From the NCBI GenBank assembly GCA_964016885.1, contig OZ024751.1:5208001-5272000 (forward strand): a stretch of DNA of 64,000 nucleotides. Direction: 5' to 3'. A program made the translations under genes and the position numbers. The DNA is from Eledone cirrhosa. Lineage: Eukaryota. Under the pieces are notes generated by a model. The model ran no database searches. It saw nothing but the letters and a program-made list of their open reading frames with translations, and was not told the origin of the DNA. This document shows, piece after piece, positions 13,593 through 26,106 of this stretch (the first letter of the stretch is position 1; each line of letters begins with the position of its first letter).

Positions 13593-13695
13593 GTATGTAT
13601 GTATGTATATATGTATATATATATATGTGTGTATATGTATATGTATATATATATACATACATTTGTATATAATATATATGTATATGTATATAAAC

Positions 13696-13786
<91 letters not shown>

Positions 13787-13935
13787 TATATACATATATA
13801 TATACGTATATATATATATATATATATACATATGTATATATACATATATATATGTATTATATTATATACAAATGTATGTATATATATATACATATACACA
13901 TACACACACATATATATATATATACATACATACAT

Positions 13936-14223
13936 AATGGCAGCCTCCTCGTTATCGAGTATGGCCATTGCACGATATACCATTATTAATAATTATTAAT
14001 TAATTCTTTCGTGCAATGCCTGTGCGTGAAGATATTTTTTAAAGTTAGTTATGACTGTGCACTGAACCAATCCCACTCTCTGAGCGACAGTAGCTATAAC
14101 CTGAAAAGAAGAAAAGATCAATATCATCGGTAACTACTGAGATGCAGGTTTTATATCGGAGCTATCCCAGTTTCCTGAGTTGCCTTCTCCTTGAAGAATG
14201 CCCTGGCAATGGCTAGGGGGTCC
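13936..14223 (-). mobile_element. Family A retroposon, 5'-truncated
   Basis: reverse complement of 12278-12562. Confidence 0.75.
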
Positions 14224-14273
14224 TATATATATATGTATATATATATATACATATATACATATATATATTTATG

Positions 14274-14317
<44 letters not shown>

Positions 14318-14318
<1 letters not shown>

Positions 14319-15430
14319 AATATTTACACATACACCAATTAAACAAAGTCACAGGTATATATGTGTTTTGGCAACTCTTAACGATGTGGTTCATTGAAAA
14401 ATTAATAAATTAAATAATCAGAGCAAAATACTACAGAGTAAAGCATGTTCAGGGAATTATTTGATAATATATATACATCATCTCTACTCCCAATCAGCAT
14501 AGTTAACCACACAAAAGATCAATTAGACCAGGCTATAAGAATAAGAGGCACCTATGAAAAAACAGTAAATAAATACGCCACAGTAGCGTCTTCGCGTCCA
14601 ACCGCTATAGAATATTTACCCAACATTTCAACAGCACGTGGAAATTAATTAAATATACGGTCAACCATACATAATTAGGTAAAAATTAAAGTTAGAAATG
14701 CTTATATACATACCAGGATTAAATTACTAAATCCCGACCCATGGCTTTCGTTCTCATTTTGAGTTATTTTATTAAGGATAAATCTCGAGTTTAGAGCTCT
14801 TCAGGGGACAAACTCGCTAGGACAGTTTATTTTCCGAAGTGGCCCCCGCCAAACACGAATTCAAAATGGTTGAGAACTGTGACGTGGCAGTGGTCAAGTC
14901 AGGAAGGATGTGATTGGTTGCTTACGGCGAGAGGGTTGCTTGCTAGAAAGCGCAGCCCAATATCGCCCAAATTGTATCTCAACCTTATGGGAGATTATTA
15001 AATATAAATATTTACACATACAACAATTAAACAAAGACACATGTATATATGTGTTTTGGCAACTCTTAACGATGTGGCTCAATGAAGAATTAATAAATTA
15101 AATAATCAGGGCAAAATATTATAGAGGAAAGCATGTCCAGAGAATTATTTGATAATATATATACATCATCTCTACTCCCAATCAGCATAATTAACCACAA
15201 AAAAAATCAATTAGACCAGGCTATAAGAATAAAAGGCACCTATGAAGAAACAGTAAATAAATACGCCACAGCAGCGTCTTCGCGTCCAACCGCTATAGAA
15301 TATTTACCCAACATTTCAACAGCACGTGGAAATTAATTAAATATACGGTCAACCATACATAAATGGGTAAAAAATAAAGTTAGAAATGCTTATATACATA
15401 CCAGGATTTAATCACTAAATCCCGACCCAT
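14318..15430 (-). mobile_element. Retrozyme-like / non-autonomous Penelope element, 1.6 tandem copies of a 688-bp unit
   Basis: direct repeat of period 688 (14321 vs 15009); hammerhead inside; abuts (TA)n. Confidence 0.8.
14732..14808 (-). ncRNA. Type I hammerhead ribozyme (near-intact)
   Basis: TCCC-CTGAAGA-GCTCT...AGAAC-GAAA-GCCATGG-GTC^GGGA. Confidence 0.75.
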
Positions 15431-15519
15431 CGGTCAATGAACTCATCGTACTGACGGAGTGTATCAATACCTGGTTATATCGATACCTATTGTAATAGGT
15501 ATGTTATAGATCATAACGT

Positions 15520-15760
15520 GCATGTGGCTGAGTATTCCACAGACATGTGTAGCCCTCATATAATACTCAGGGAGATTCAGTGTGACAGAATGTGTTAGAA
15601 GGCTGGTTCCCAATCGGTTTCCGTCTACTCTATTTCACCTCCAAGCTTTACGTCGACCCGATGCTTTGGTAAATGAAACCTGTTTAAGATTGTACTAAGT
15701 GGAATCGAACCAGAGATTATGATTGTGAAATGAACCTATTAAACATTCGGCCATGCCCTG
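15520..15760 (-). mobile_element. Old SINE remnants (OR/CORE-like)
   Basis: GGAATCGAACC = reverse-complement B-box; diverged body. Confidence 0.5.
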
Positions 15761-16879
15761 TCAACAAGTACTTACCAGGAAAGTTTCCCAGCACTAAGGA
15801 TATTCCAGTAGATTCAACTGACTGCAATTAATCCTTTGTTTGTGGTTTTATGTGGAAAATCAATATTATACAATAAATAAATATCTTCATGATGGGATAT
15901 AACCCTCCCCAGGCATTACCAAAATACACACCAAGTACCTATTATACTGCCAACATAAACTGGGATGTGTATTGTTGTATTCAGCTATATAGAGAAACAC
16001 CTGGAAAGAATATCAAAATCTGTTCTTTTATCTTCTCCTCACAGAATTGATCCACACGTGAACAAGCAGAAACTAATGCAAAATCAAGATGGATGCCCTA
16101 TTGTTAGAAACTTTATGTGGTTGGACGTAAAGCTATCTCCGTCTATGATCTTTGTCGTGACAGTCAGTCTATCAATTTCTCCGTGATCACTGAAATCGTG
16201 CAGACGTTATCTACATGAACAAAAAGATGAAAAGGGAAATATATTTAAAAACATTCAAAGATTAAAACAAAACTGTATTTTTATAAAGTTTCTAATTAAT
16301 TTTTTAAAAATTAAATAAAGAATTCATAACATAACAAATTTTGAGATAGAAGAGACATATAAAGCGTTGGACTGGAGGGAACTCCAAATCCAATTATGTT
16401 TTTTTTTATTGTAGTAAATGTGGGTGGCATGTATGCCATATTTCGATGCTTGTTTGGGTTTTTTCCATCATTTAAAACGTTCAAAGACCGTTGTGATATA
16501 GATGACAGCATGTGAAGTATACAATTTTAAGTATAAAGTCTGTTGTGAGGTTGGTTATAATATAAATCTTCGTTGACCCTTGTGATGTGCGATCGATTGT
16601 CGTACTTGGTGGTGAATTGTTGGTCATTTTTTGTTTTTCTTTCTCTTTTTGTTTTCTTTCTCTCGCTTTGATGGTATATTTTAGTGCGTTATATTTGTAA
16701 GGTTCCTAGCAATAGTTGTATTTATTTCATTCAATCCAATCATTCAACCCAGGGCATTTTCACTCCAACCGGAGGAACCCCTCGCTCATTGACCTCCACC
16801 GTTTTCTGTTTTGGTTTTGGTAATGTCAGGGGTGTAGCGACCATGACCAAATGCAGGTTGGTGAGGCTATTAAACCCAT

Positions 16880-17005
16880 AGCTGGGTAGACTCATTTTTA
16901 CAGTTGAGTGAACTGGAGCAAAGTGTTTGGATCAAGAACACAACACAAAGCCCGACTCGAGAATCGAACTCACAACCTCAGGATTCTCTAACCACTAATC
17001 CATGT
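16880..17005 (-). mobile_element. OR-like SINE remnant
   Basis: GAGAATCGAACTCACAACC; similar to 37657-37779. Confidence 0.55.
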
Positions 17006-17230
17006 ATCTATACTTGTGATTAAAGATAAAATAAAGCAAGAGTTTGTTGAAAAAAAAACCAGATGAAAACAATAATAATAGTTATAACAACAAAACAAAT
17101 TGCGAATGTAAACAAAACAAATTTAGCAAGAAAATTAAAAAAATATGAAATTTGGCAACGTAAACAGCAATGACTTGATCAAGGATAAAATGCGGTACAC
17201 ACTCGAGAGATAAAGCCTACAAACTGAAAT

Positions 17231-17425
17231 CAGTCCTGTCAGCTTTCCTCGTCCGATGGGGAGATCTCCAAACCACTTTGTGGTGGGTGAGAAATGTCTT
17301 CTCTTGTGAAAATTAGTATAGCTTTCATTAGGTAAAATGTCCCCATTTTACCTCATTTCATCCCGTTTTGGGGCCCTTTTCTTCATAGTACTCTGCGTTT
17401 GAGTTTTTAGAGGTTAGCTGGTCTG
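17231..17425. mobile_element. MITE with 6-bp TSD (TGAAAT)
   Basis: TIR CAGTCCTGTCA / TTAGCTGGTCTG; second copy at 31824-31997. Confidence 0.75.
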
Positions 17426-17744
17426 TGAAATATATCTGTCCAGCACCCTAACTATTGAACTACGCGCCTTCACATATTAACGTTACTTCAGTAGAAATAT
17501 CAAAGCTTAGTGCAATGATTAATTAAATTCTTTCGTCTGTTGGAGAACTAGATTCATATGAGTGGAACAATTAATGGCGTCGAGACCAGTATCAAAGATA
17601 TATATTTAATATGTTTGATCGTGATAAAGTGATGTAGTGTGCTAGATCGCTTCTAGTACACGAAGGGCATTATTTTTAGATGCTCAAAGGATGAGCGCAA
17701 AGTTCGATGTCAGCGGGAGATTGAAATCAGATTTTATTAGAGTA

Positions 17745-17912
17745 CAACTTAAAACCGTTGGACATCTGGTCAGTGGTCTAGCATTCTTGCCGCCAATACA
17801 ACAGTAGGGAACGGACATCTGGTGCAGTTGTCTAGCATTCTTGGCCCTAATACAATCTAAAACCACCAGACATCTGGTGCAGTGGCCTAGCATTCTTGCC
17901 GCCAATACAACA
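17745..17912. repeat. ~55-bp tandem repeat, 3 copies
   Basis: GACATCTGGT..CTAGCATTCTTG repeated. Confidence 0.8.
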
Positions 17913-17987
17913 ATAAGAAGTTAACAACCGATAATAACAATACCAAAACAATAATGTAAAATATAAATTGGTAATAACTATAAATAT

Positions 17988-18021
<34 letters not shown>

Positions 18022-18114
18022 GGAATGGATATTAATTAAAAAATACAGCTTTTTAATTCATCACAAAAAAGTATTTTGCTTCTTACATACATACATTATA
18101 TATACATAGATATA

Positions 18115-18228
18115 GAAGGATGAAAGGCGAGGTTAACTTTGCCTTTCATCCTTCCGGGGTCGATAAAATAAAGTACCAGTAATGCACTGGTTAATTGCTG
18201 GCCTTGTGCCAAATGTAGAAACAATTAT
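18115..18228 (+). mobile_element. 5'-truncated OK-like SINE with 14-bp 5' inversion
   Basis: GAAGGATGAAAGGC (18115-18128) is the reverse complement of 18141-18154. Confidence 0.8.
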
Positions 18229-18640
18229 ATGTACATAGATATACACATTTATCTACCTACCTAGCTTCCTATATATTTATATACATAATTATATATACAT
18301 ATACACATACACACATGCAAACAGATATAAATATGCAGATATATACACATGCATGCGTATGTGTATGTATGCAAGTATAGATATGTATGTACATGGATTA
18401 TGTATGTATGTTTGTATGTACGTGTATATAATCTTTGTCTCTGGTTTCTTTATTAAACTCCATGTTCTTCTTATGAACAGAATCTTTAGAAATTCTTAAG
18501 CGCTGAAAGCTAGGCAACAGATTGTTCATCATACATGGTATAGGAATTACATACATACATACGTATGTACATACGTACATGCATACATACATACATACAT
18601 ACATACATACATACATACATACATACATACATACATACAT

Positions 18641-18908
18641 TAAAAAAAAATGTAAAACATTCCAAACATTTTGCATCTAATAACTGCATATACACATGTA
18701 CAGATACAAAGCATATACACATGTACACATACAACTCAAAACATCCACATCCACACATACAATAACATCCATATCTACACATGCATGCATACATACATCC
18801 ATACCTAGTTGATGTTGTGTAAATACCAATGAGAGAGTCTTGTGTCTATATTAGAAACCGACACTCTCTCTATTGGTAAAACTTTGTGAAATTATTAAAC
18901 CAGAAGAA
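18641..18908 (+). mobile_element. 5'-truncated R4/Dong 3' end in (CATA)n
   Basis: matches 23417-23689; (CATA)n on both sides. Confidence 0.9.
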
Positions 18909-19015
18909 CATACATACGTACATACATACATACATACATACATACATACATACATACATACATACATACATACATACATACATACATACATACATACATA
19001 CATACATACATGCAT

Positions 19016-19524
19016 GGTGGCTGCCAACTCGTTTTCGAGTACGGCCACTACTTTATATCCATGTAGGAGAACCTCTACCGATGCGCTGAACAAGTGTAAC
19101 TTTTAGTCCAGCCAGCAACTTGAAAACTCTGGTACAAACACTACACTTGTGACAATTATTGACACATGGTGCTGGGCCCATGGTACCATGTGACGACAAG
19201 TGCAGAGAGATCTCCAGATATAAAGCAATGCCTGTGCCGTGAAGCTTTTATAGTGAGCATAGGCACTGCACAAAGCCAGTCCCACTCTCTTACATCAGGG
19301 TTGCAGGTGTTATATCCGAGTTTTCCTTCTCCTAGAATTCTGCCTTGACCAAGGCTAAGGGGTCATCTCTCCCGGTGATTTTGGATGGCCATTGACTCTT
19401 AAGAGCTCCTTTGCCCTTTGACAGGTTTTGTTTTTAGTCCTGCAGGATGTCCAAAGTTACGCTCCTCACCAAGAAACCTTGGTGGGGTTGCCAGTTTAGT
19501 CGCGAACGACCCGATCATGAGACA
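19016..19524 (-). mobile_element. Family B retroposon with ~50-bp internal deletion
   Basis: reverse complement of 12714-13272. Confidence 0.8.
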
Positions 19525-19572
19525 TACATACATACATACATACATACATACATACATACATACATACATACA

Positions 19573-19604
<32 letters not shown>

Positions 19605-19606
19605 CA

Positions 19607-22600
19607 TTCCATCAGTCAACGCGATCAGTCGCATATTTTGGTGTGGGAGACTATTTATTAAATTTAAGATGAATACTATCTCCGACAGTAATGCCACAAC
19701 TACAGCCAGGTTGAATAACTGGTTATTCTTCTAACTATCCCTTCTGAAGACACCTTTTATTCGAATTCGTAGAGATATCTGACTAAATACATAATTCATT
19801 TTACAAGGATTTGCTACAAACAGCATGGCTGAACACAACATCAACAAGAAAATTAAGGAAGTATCGAAGACAAATAACAAAGAAGGTAATCAAACGTTAT
19901 TCAGTTGTAGCTACAGAAGAAACCGAAATTATAAATCGCATTTCTCTTGGAGTTGCGAACTTAATAATGATTTATTTAATTGTTATAAAATGGCAAAAAA
20001 CAATCCCTCCATTGGCTATATGAATAGAATGAAGCTACACTGTGACGAAATGCACCCAGAGCTAAATTATTTCACAGCGAAACAATTACGCCAACAAGCG
20101 ACGTTTGTTGAACGTAAAAATAAGATAAATATTATTAATTGTAAGTCCCCCACAACAAACATGGAATCAACAACACGTGCTACAGATCGCCATGCTACTA
20201 GACTTCCTAGCAGCCAGGTCGAACAGCGCCTTGAAACAACTATGCCTGTACCATCTAAGTCTACCTCGAATGCTGGGGAAAACACTATCGATAATAATAA
20301 TAATCGAAGAAATAATAATAATAATCGAATAAATGTGACACCACCTATACCATCTGAGTCTACCTAGACTGTTGTGGAAAATACTATCGATAATGATAAT
20401 CAAAAGTATAAACAATTAAAAATTTCCCTCAACGAAATCTTCCAGAGAGAAATTAACTCATGTATAAATATCTCTCTGGCTGAACGTGTTAACATGACAA
20501 TGGTGAATAAAAAACCAAATCATGAAATACTATGTGTTATTGACGAAATAGGGGATGAATATTTACGACGGATAAAAACCCCAACATTTTGGAAAATCAA
20601 CGCCTGTTTATATGCCTTAGCAATGACAGTGAAGCATTAGCTTGGTGATAGCAGAGATATTAACAAGAACAAAACACCACCAAAAATACCATCAAATATA
20701 ACTAAAATAGAAAAAGAGATTGCTGACCTACGAAAAAACATAGGACATGTGATAATGCTGCTTACATGCAAACAAACACAAAAAAACCTCACTCCTCACC
20801 AACAAAGAGTGAACAATAAAATAGAGACGATGTTTGGTAACAGTAGAACCAGAACTCTCCAATATAAGCTGATCACCCTCAAACAAGAATTGAGAGCTGT
20901 TAGCGAAAAACGCTGATATCTGAAGAAGGTAGATGAGAGAAAAATGCTTAATAAAAGATTCAGACGAAACCAAACATCAGTCTATAGAGATATGAATGGC
21001 AAAATAATAAGTGTCAATGAGGCCCCATCCCAGAAAGACATAGATTCCTTTTGGAGAAAAATATGGGGTGAAAAGAAGAATTTCAACCAAGATGCAGTGT
21101 GGCTAAGAGAAATCCGAAAGAACTACAACAAAAACATACGAAATAAGTGAGGGTACCCTTGAGACTGTGATAGGAAAACTCCAAGATAAGAAAACACCAG
21201 GAAGAGACATGATTGTCGGCTACTGGTACAAAAAACTAATATTCTATCGGAGGTATCTTACTGACCTCTACCAACAAGTTCTTAAGGGAGATACACTTAT
21301 ACCAGAATGGTTGACATTAGCACAAACGTTACTGGTCCCCAAGAACAAAGACACCCACTTGGCAAAAAGCTACCGACCCATTGCATGCCAGAACCTAATG
21401 TATAAGATGTATACAGTCTGCCTCAACCTATTCCTCCAAGATCACTGTGAAATTAATAACATCATCACAGATGAACAAGCAGTTAGAAAGAAAGGGGTTT
21501 GGGGATGTGCTGAACAACTCCTAATCAACAAAACTGCGATGTCGGAGGTGCGACAACTTAGGAGGAATATGACTACAGTCTGGCTGGACTACAAGAAAGC
21601 TTTCGATTCTGTTCCCCACTCTTGGATGATAGAAGCCCTCCAACATGCTAAACTCCCAGACATTATTGTCAGATTCATAGAGAGGCTGTCTTCTTCTTGG
21701 GCTACTATCCTAAGGTTAAAGACAGAGAGGGAGGACTCTATTTTCACTGATAAAATAAAATATTGCAGGGGTATTTCAAGGGGACAGTCTCTCTGTGATA
21801 TTGTTCATCTTGTCATTAAACCCCTTGTCCTTTCTGCTCAAGAAATGTGAGGGATACATCATTGGCTCACAGGAGGACAGAAATACGAACCTAACCCATA
21901 ACTTCTTTGTGGACGATCTGAAACTCTATGCCAAGAACATGGATGGGATGAAGAAAAATCTTGACCTGGTTACAACGTTCTCAAAGGATATAGGAATGGA
22001 GTTTGGCCAAGATAAATGCTCATATATGACTGTAAAGCCGGGAAAAACAACAACCCAATCTAGCAACATTGTCATCAATGGTCTAACTGTTTCACCGATA
22101 TCTGATGAGGACTGCTACAGATACCTGGGGATAGATGAGAACATATCCTATAATGGTATCTGTAATAAAGAACGCGTAACGAGGGAATACTACACCCGAT
22201 TAAGAAAGATCTGGTCATCGGAACTCTCTGCGCAAAACAAAACAGTGGCTCACAATGTGTTTGCTGTGCCTGTCCTAACACCAACGTTTGGAATACTCAA
22301 TTGGACGATAGACGAAATCCGAGCATGATGTGGGAACTCGAAAAATACTGAATAACACCGGAAACTTCCACATCAACAGTGACATAGACCGCCTTTACTT
22401 GAAACGTAGGCAGGGAGGCAGAGGCCTAACATCAGTCCAGACAACATTTGAATGTCGACAACATCTACGAACCTCGAAGCGTAGGAGCCCGCTTCTTGAG
22501 CAAGTCTATCTGCATGAAACAGATAAGATCATGAGAGTTGGGAAGGAACTCCTTGAGAGATATTCCCTGTGCGATAATCAAAAACTCACACCCAGGGATC

Positions 22601-23689
22601 TCGCTCAGCAGTATCGCAGTGAATCCATGGATGAAAAACTGCATGCTTATCAGCAAAATATCATGCATGGATATTTTGCCAGGAAGCTCCAGAGTGAGAG
22701 TAATATAGATAAGGAAAGTAGTCTATCTTGGACCAACAACCGCTATATTGGCTCCCACTTTGAAGGATACGCTTTTGCAATCCAGGAACAGGAGATTAGC
22801 ACGAAATACCTGATTCACAAAAGAGATAGGGATGCAGGCAAAACACCTAGATGTAATAACAAGTGCAGACTCTGCAGAACTAACATCGAGGATATCACCC
22901 ATGTCATCAGCAGCTGGCCAAAGATGTCATCGCGGTACTATCTACCAATGAGGCATGATATAGTGGCCAAAACACTGTACAATGCAGTTCGTAAAAAAGA
23001 TAGCCCCGATGATAAACACATTAAAAGCTACAACAATGTGGAAGACATCCATGTACATAATATGAAAGAGTACTGGTGGAATGTTCCAGTAAAAACCCCA
23101 ATAAAATGCAGGCATAACAGATCAGATATGATATGGGACAGGGAGAAGAAAACATGCACAGTAGTGGAAATTAGCTGCCCAGCAGATGCCAATATAATAT
23201 CAAAGATTAGGGAAAAGGAGAATATTTATGCAGAACTGATGAGAAATCTGCAGATACTCCACCCTGATTACACCTTCAGATTTATGCCTGTGATTATTGG
23301 GGCGCTGGGATATGTTAGTAACTGCCTCAATACAAATCTTGAGAAGCTAGGCTTCACAGGAACAGAAAGAACACAACTAGTTAAGATATTACAAGTACAA
23401 TCCATTAATGGAACAGTAAAAATATGTAAAACATTCCAAAAATTTTGCATCTAATAACTGCATATACACATCTACAGATACAAAGCATATACACATGCAC
23501 ACATACAACTCAAAACATACACTTCCACACATACAATAACATCCATATCTACACATGCATGCATGCAGACATACATACATATCTACCTATGTGATGTTGT
23601 GTAAATTCCAATGAGATAGTCTTGTGTCTATGTTCGAAACCGACTCTCTCTCTATTGGTAAAACTTTGTGAAATTATTAAACCAGAAGA
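19607..23689 (+). mobile_element. Near full-length R4/Dong-clade non-LTR retrotransposon
   Basis: single long RT+RLE ORF; (CATA)n on both flanks. Confidence 0.92.
19825..23454 (+). pseudogene. Disrupted R4 ORF (~1200 codons): N-terminal domain, RT, CCHC knuckle, restriction-like endonuclease
   Basis: WSCELNNDLFNCY..GYMNRM; YRPIAC, WLDYKKAFDSVPHSW, FVDDLKLY, YRYLG, GGRGL, CRLC..ITHVIS, RHD, VVEISCP; multiple stops and frameshifts. Confidence 0.92.
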
Positions 23690-23839
23690 ACATACATACA
23701 TACATACATACATACATACGTACACACATACATGCGTACATACACACATACATAAGTGGGTGTATATATATATATATATATACATACACGCCTACATACA
23801 TAATGCATGCTTACATACATACATACATACATAAGTGTG

Positions 23840-23876
<37 letters not shown>

Positions 23877-23898
23877 ATATATATATACATACTCACAT

Positions 23899-23946
<48 letters not shown>

Positions 23947-23968
23947 GTGTGTAAGTATATATATATTA

Positions 23969-24026
<58 letters not shown>

Positions 24027-24289
24027 CACACATATATAATATATATATACACTTACATATATAATATATATACATATATATTATATATACACTTACATAT
24101 ATTGTATATTTATGCTCCATATATTTCTATGTGTTCGATAAATAACTTAGAGTAATTAGCATACAATCTCCCTGGCGGCCATCTTCTCATACAACAATTA
24201 CTCTTTTTGTTCTACAAACGAAAACTGAATAAACACACCGTTCATTGTTTGGAGATTCTCCCCCCTTGTTGTCTCCACTATACGTATAG

Positions 24290-24440
24290 TTGAGTGGCAG
24301 CTGTTGTTGCGGGTGCTGGTGTTGGTGGCGGGGGTGGTGTTGGTGGTGTTGGTGGTGTTGGTGGAGAGGGGGGTGTTGGTGGCGAGGGTGGTGTTGGCAT
24401 TACTCGAAATCGAGTTGCAGCCAGCATCACCATCATGTAT
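24290..24440 (+). mobile_element. 3' end of a third retroposon variant with the family A/B stem-loop
   Basis: GGTGGTGTTGGC-ATTACTCGAAATCGAGTTGCA-GCCAGCATCACC then ATCATGTAT. Confidence 0.5.
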
Positions 24441-24791
24441 ATGTCTAGATATATGCCCCCCCCCCCCCATATATATATATTGAGTGTGAAAGATCTAAGC
24501 TCATTACTGCTATTTTGTGGATGTGTATATTTCACAAGAAATCTTTTATTGGAGAAGGTAAGAAATTCTTAATATATTCTAAAATCCGTATTTTTCCTTT
24601 ACAATTTTACGGTCAATTACATACACAGAAATAGAGAGGACTTAAAAAAGAAATTCTTTATTGGATATAAAAATTAAATGATAGTACTGTAGTTGTAGGT
24701 GGGACCCTTGGCCATTATCTCCTCCTGGCAATCAATATCTTTAGATTCGGTTCGCCAATGTGTGTTTGTATATATCTATATATATGTTTCT

Positions 24792-24843
<52 letters not shown>

Positions 24844-25337
24844 ATATATATATATATATATATATATAATTTGTGAGAGAAAGAAAGAGAGAGAAATGAA
24901 GGCGGATAAATAGAAATATAATAAGATGGATATAAGATATAAAGAATTAAAACAGAGTATGTGAGAAGGAACGAAATAAGATTTATAGTGTTATCTAATG
25001 CTTAGGATTTGAGTTTTAGATTTTAAAGTTCAGAACGAATATTGGCTGGTAGCTATGTTTAAATACGTCGTTGCAGTGTTATTTCAATGTGATTTAGTTT
25101 TGACTGTCAAACAAACGACATGACGATGGCTTCGACATCGTAATTAGACGCTGTAAGAACGGTTTGATTCAGCCATGGTGACTGAAAGATTCAGTAGAAG
25201 TTTGACTGTTCTTCCCAACGGATTTATAACCCTTGACGGCCGTGAAGGAAAATGATGGCAATGACAGAATAAATGGGATGAGTGCACTCAGTGAACAGAA
25301 ATGGCTGACAAATAAACGGTATAAGCGTTGAGCTGAT

Positions 25338-26030
25338 GCATACACATACACACACTTGTGTACACTCACATACAAAAACACACAAACACACACAAACATA
25401 TTCACACACATACATACACACTAACACACATACACAGACAGAAACACATACACACACAAACCTACACACAAACACACACAAATATACATACATACACACA
25501 AGTACACACATACACACGTATACAAACATACACACAAACACACACCCAAACACACTCAAATACATAACCACACACATACACACAATCTTACACATAAACA
25601 CACATACACATGCAAACACACATACACACACACATACACACATACAAATACACATACAAACAGATACACAAACACACAAACACACACACATGGACACACA
25701 ACTATACACACATACACAAACACATACCCACACACATACAGACAGACACATGCCCACACAAGCAGACACACACAAGCAGACACACACACACAAACTCACA
25801 TACACACAAACACATTATATGCCCACATACAAACAAACATGTACACAAACACACACAAACATACATACACACAAACTTACATACACACAAAGATACACAA
25901 GCGCACATACATACACACATGCCTACAGAGACACACAGAAACACTCACACATGCCCAGAAGACACACACATACAAACACACACACAAACACATACCCACA
26001 AATAAACACATGCTCACATATTCGGACACA
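25338..26030. repeat. Degenerate (CA)n tract
   Basis: direct read. Confidence 0.9.
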
Positions 26031-26106
26031 TGAATATATGTATAAAATACGAAAGAGATTAAGACAGTAATAGAGAGTTATTTGAGCAAATGAACTCGTA
26101 TGTATG

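Noticed and set aside
14445-15336. Duplicated 67-aa ORFs
   Set aside because: Antisense to the hammerhead strand; not preserved in the diverged copies at 2220 and 51500
16311-16620. Possible decayed GIY-YIG remnant on the minus strand
   Set aside because: Similarity too weak to support by eye
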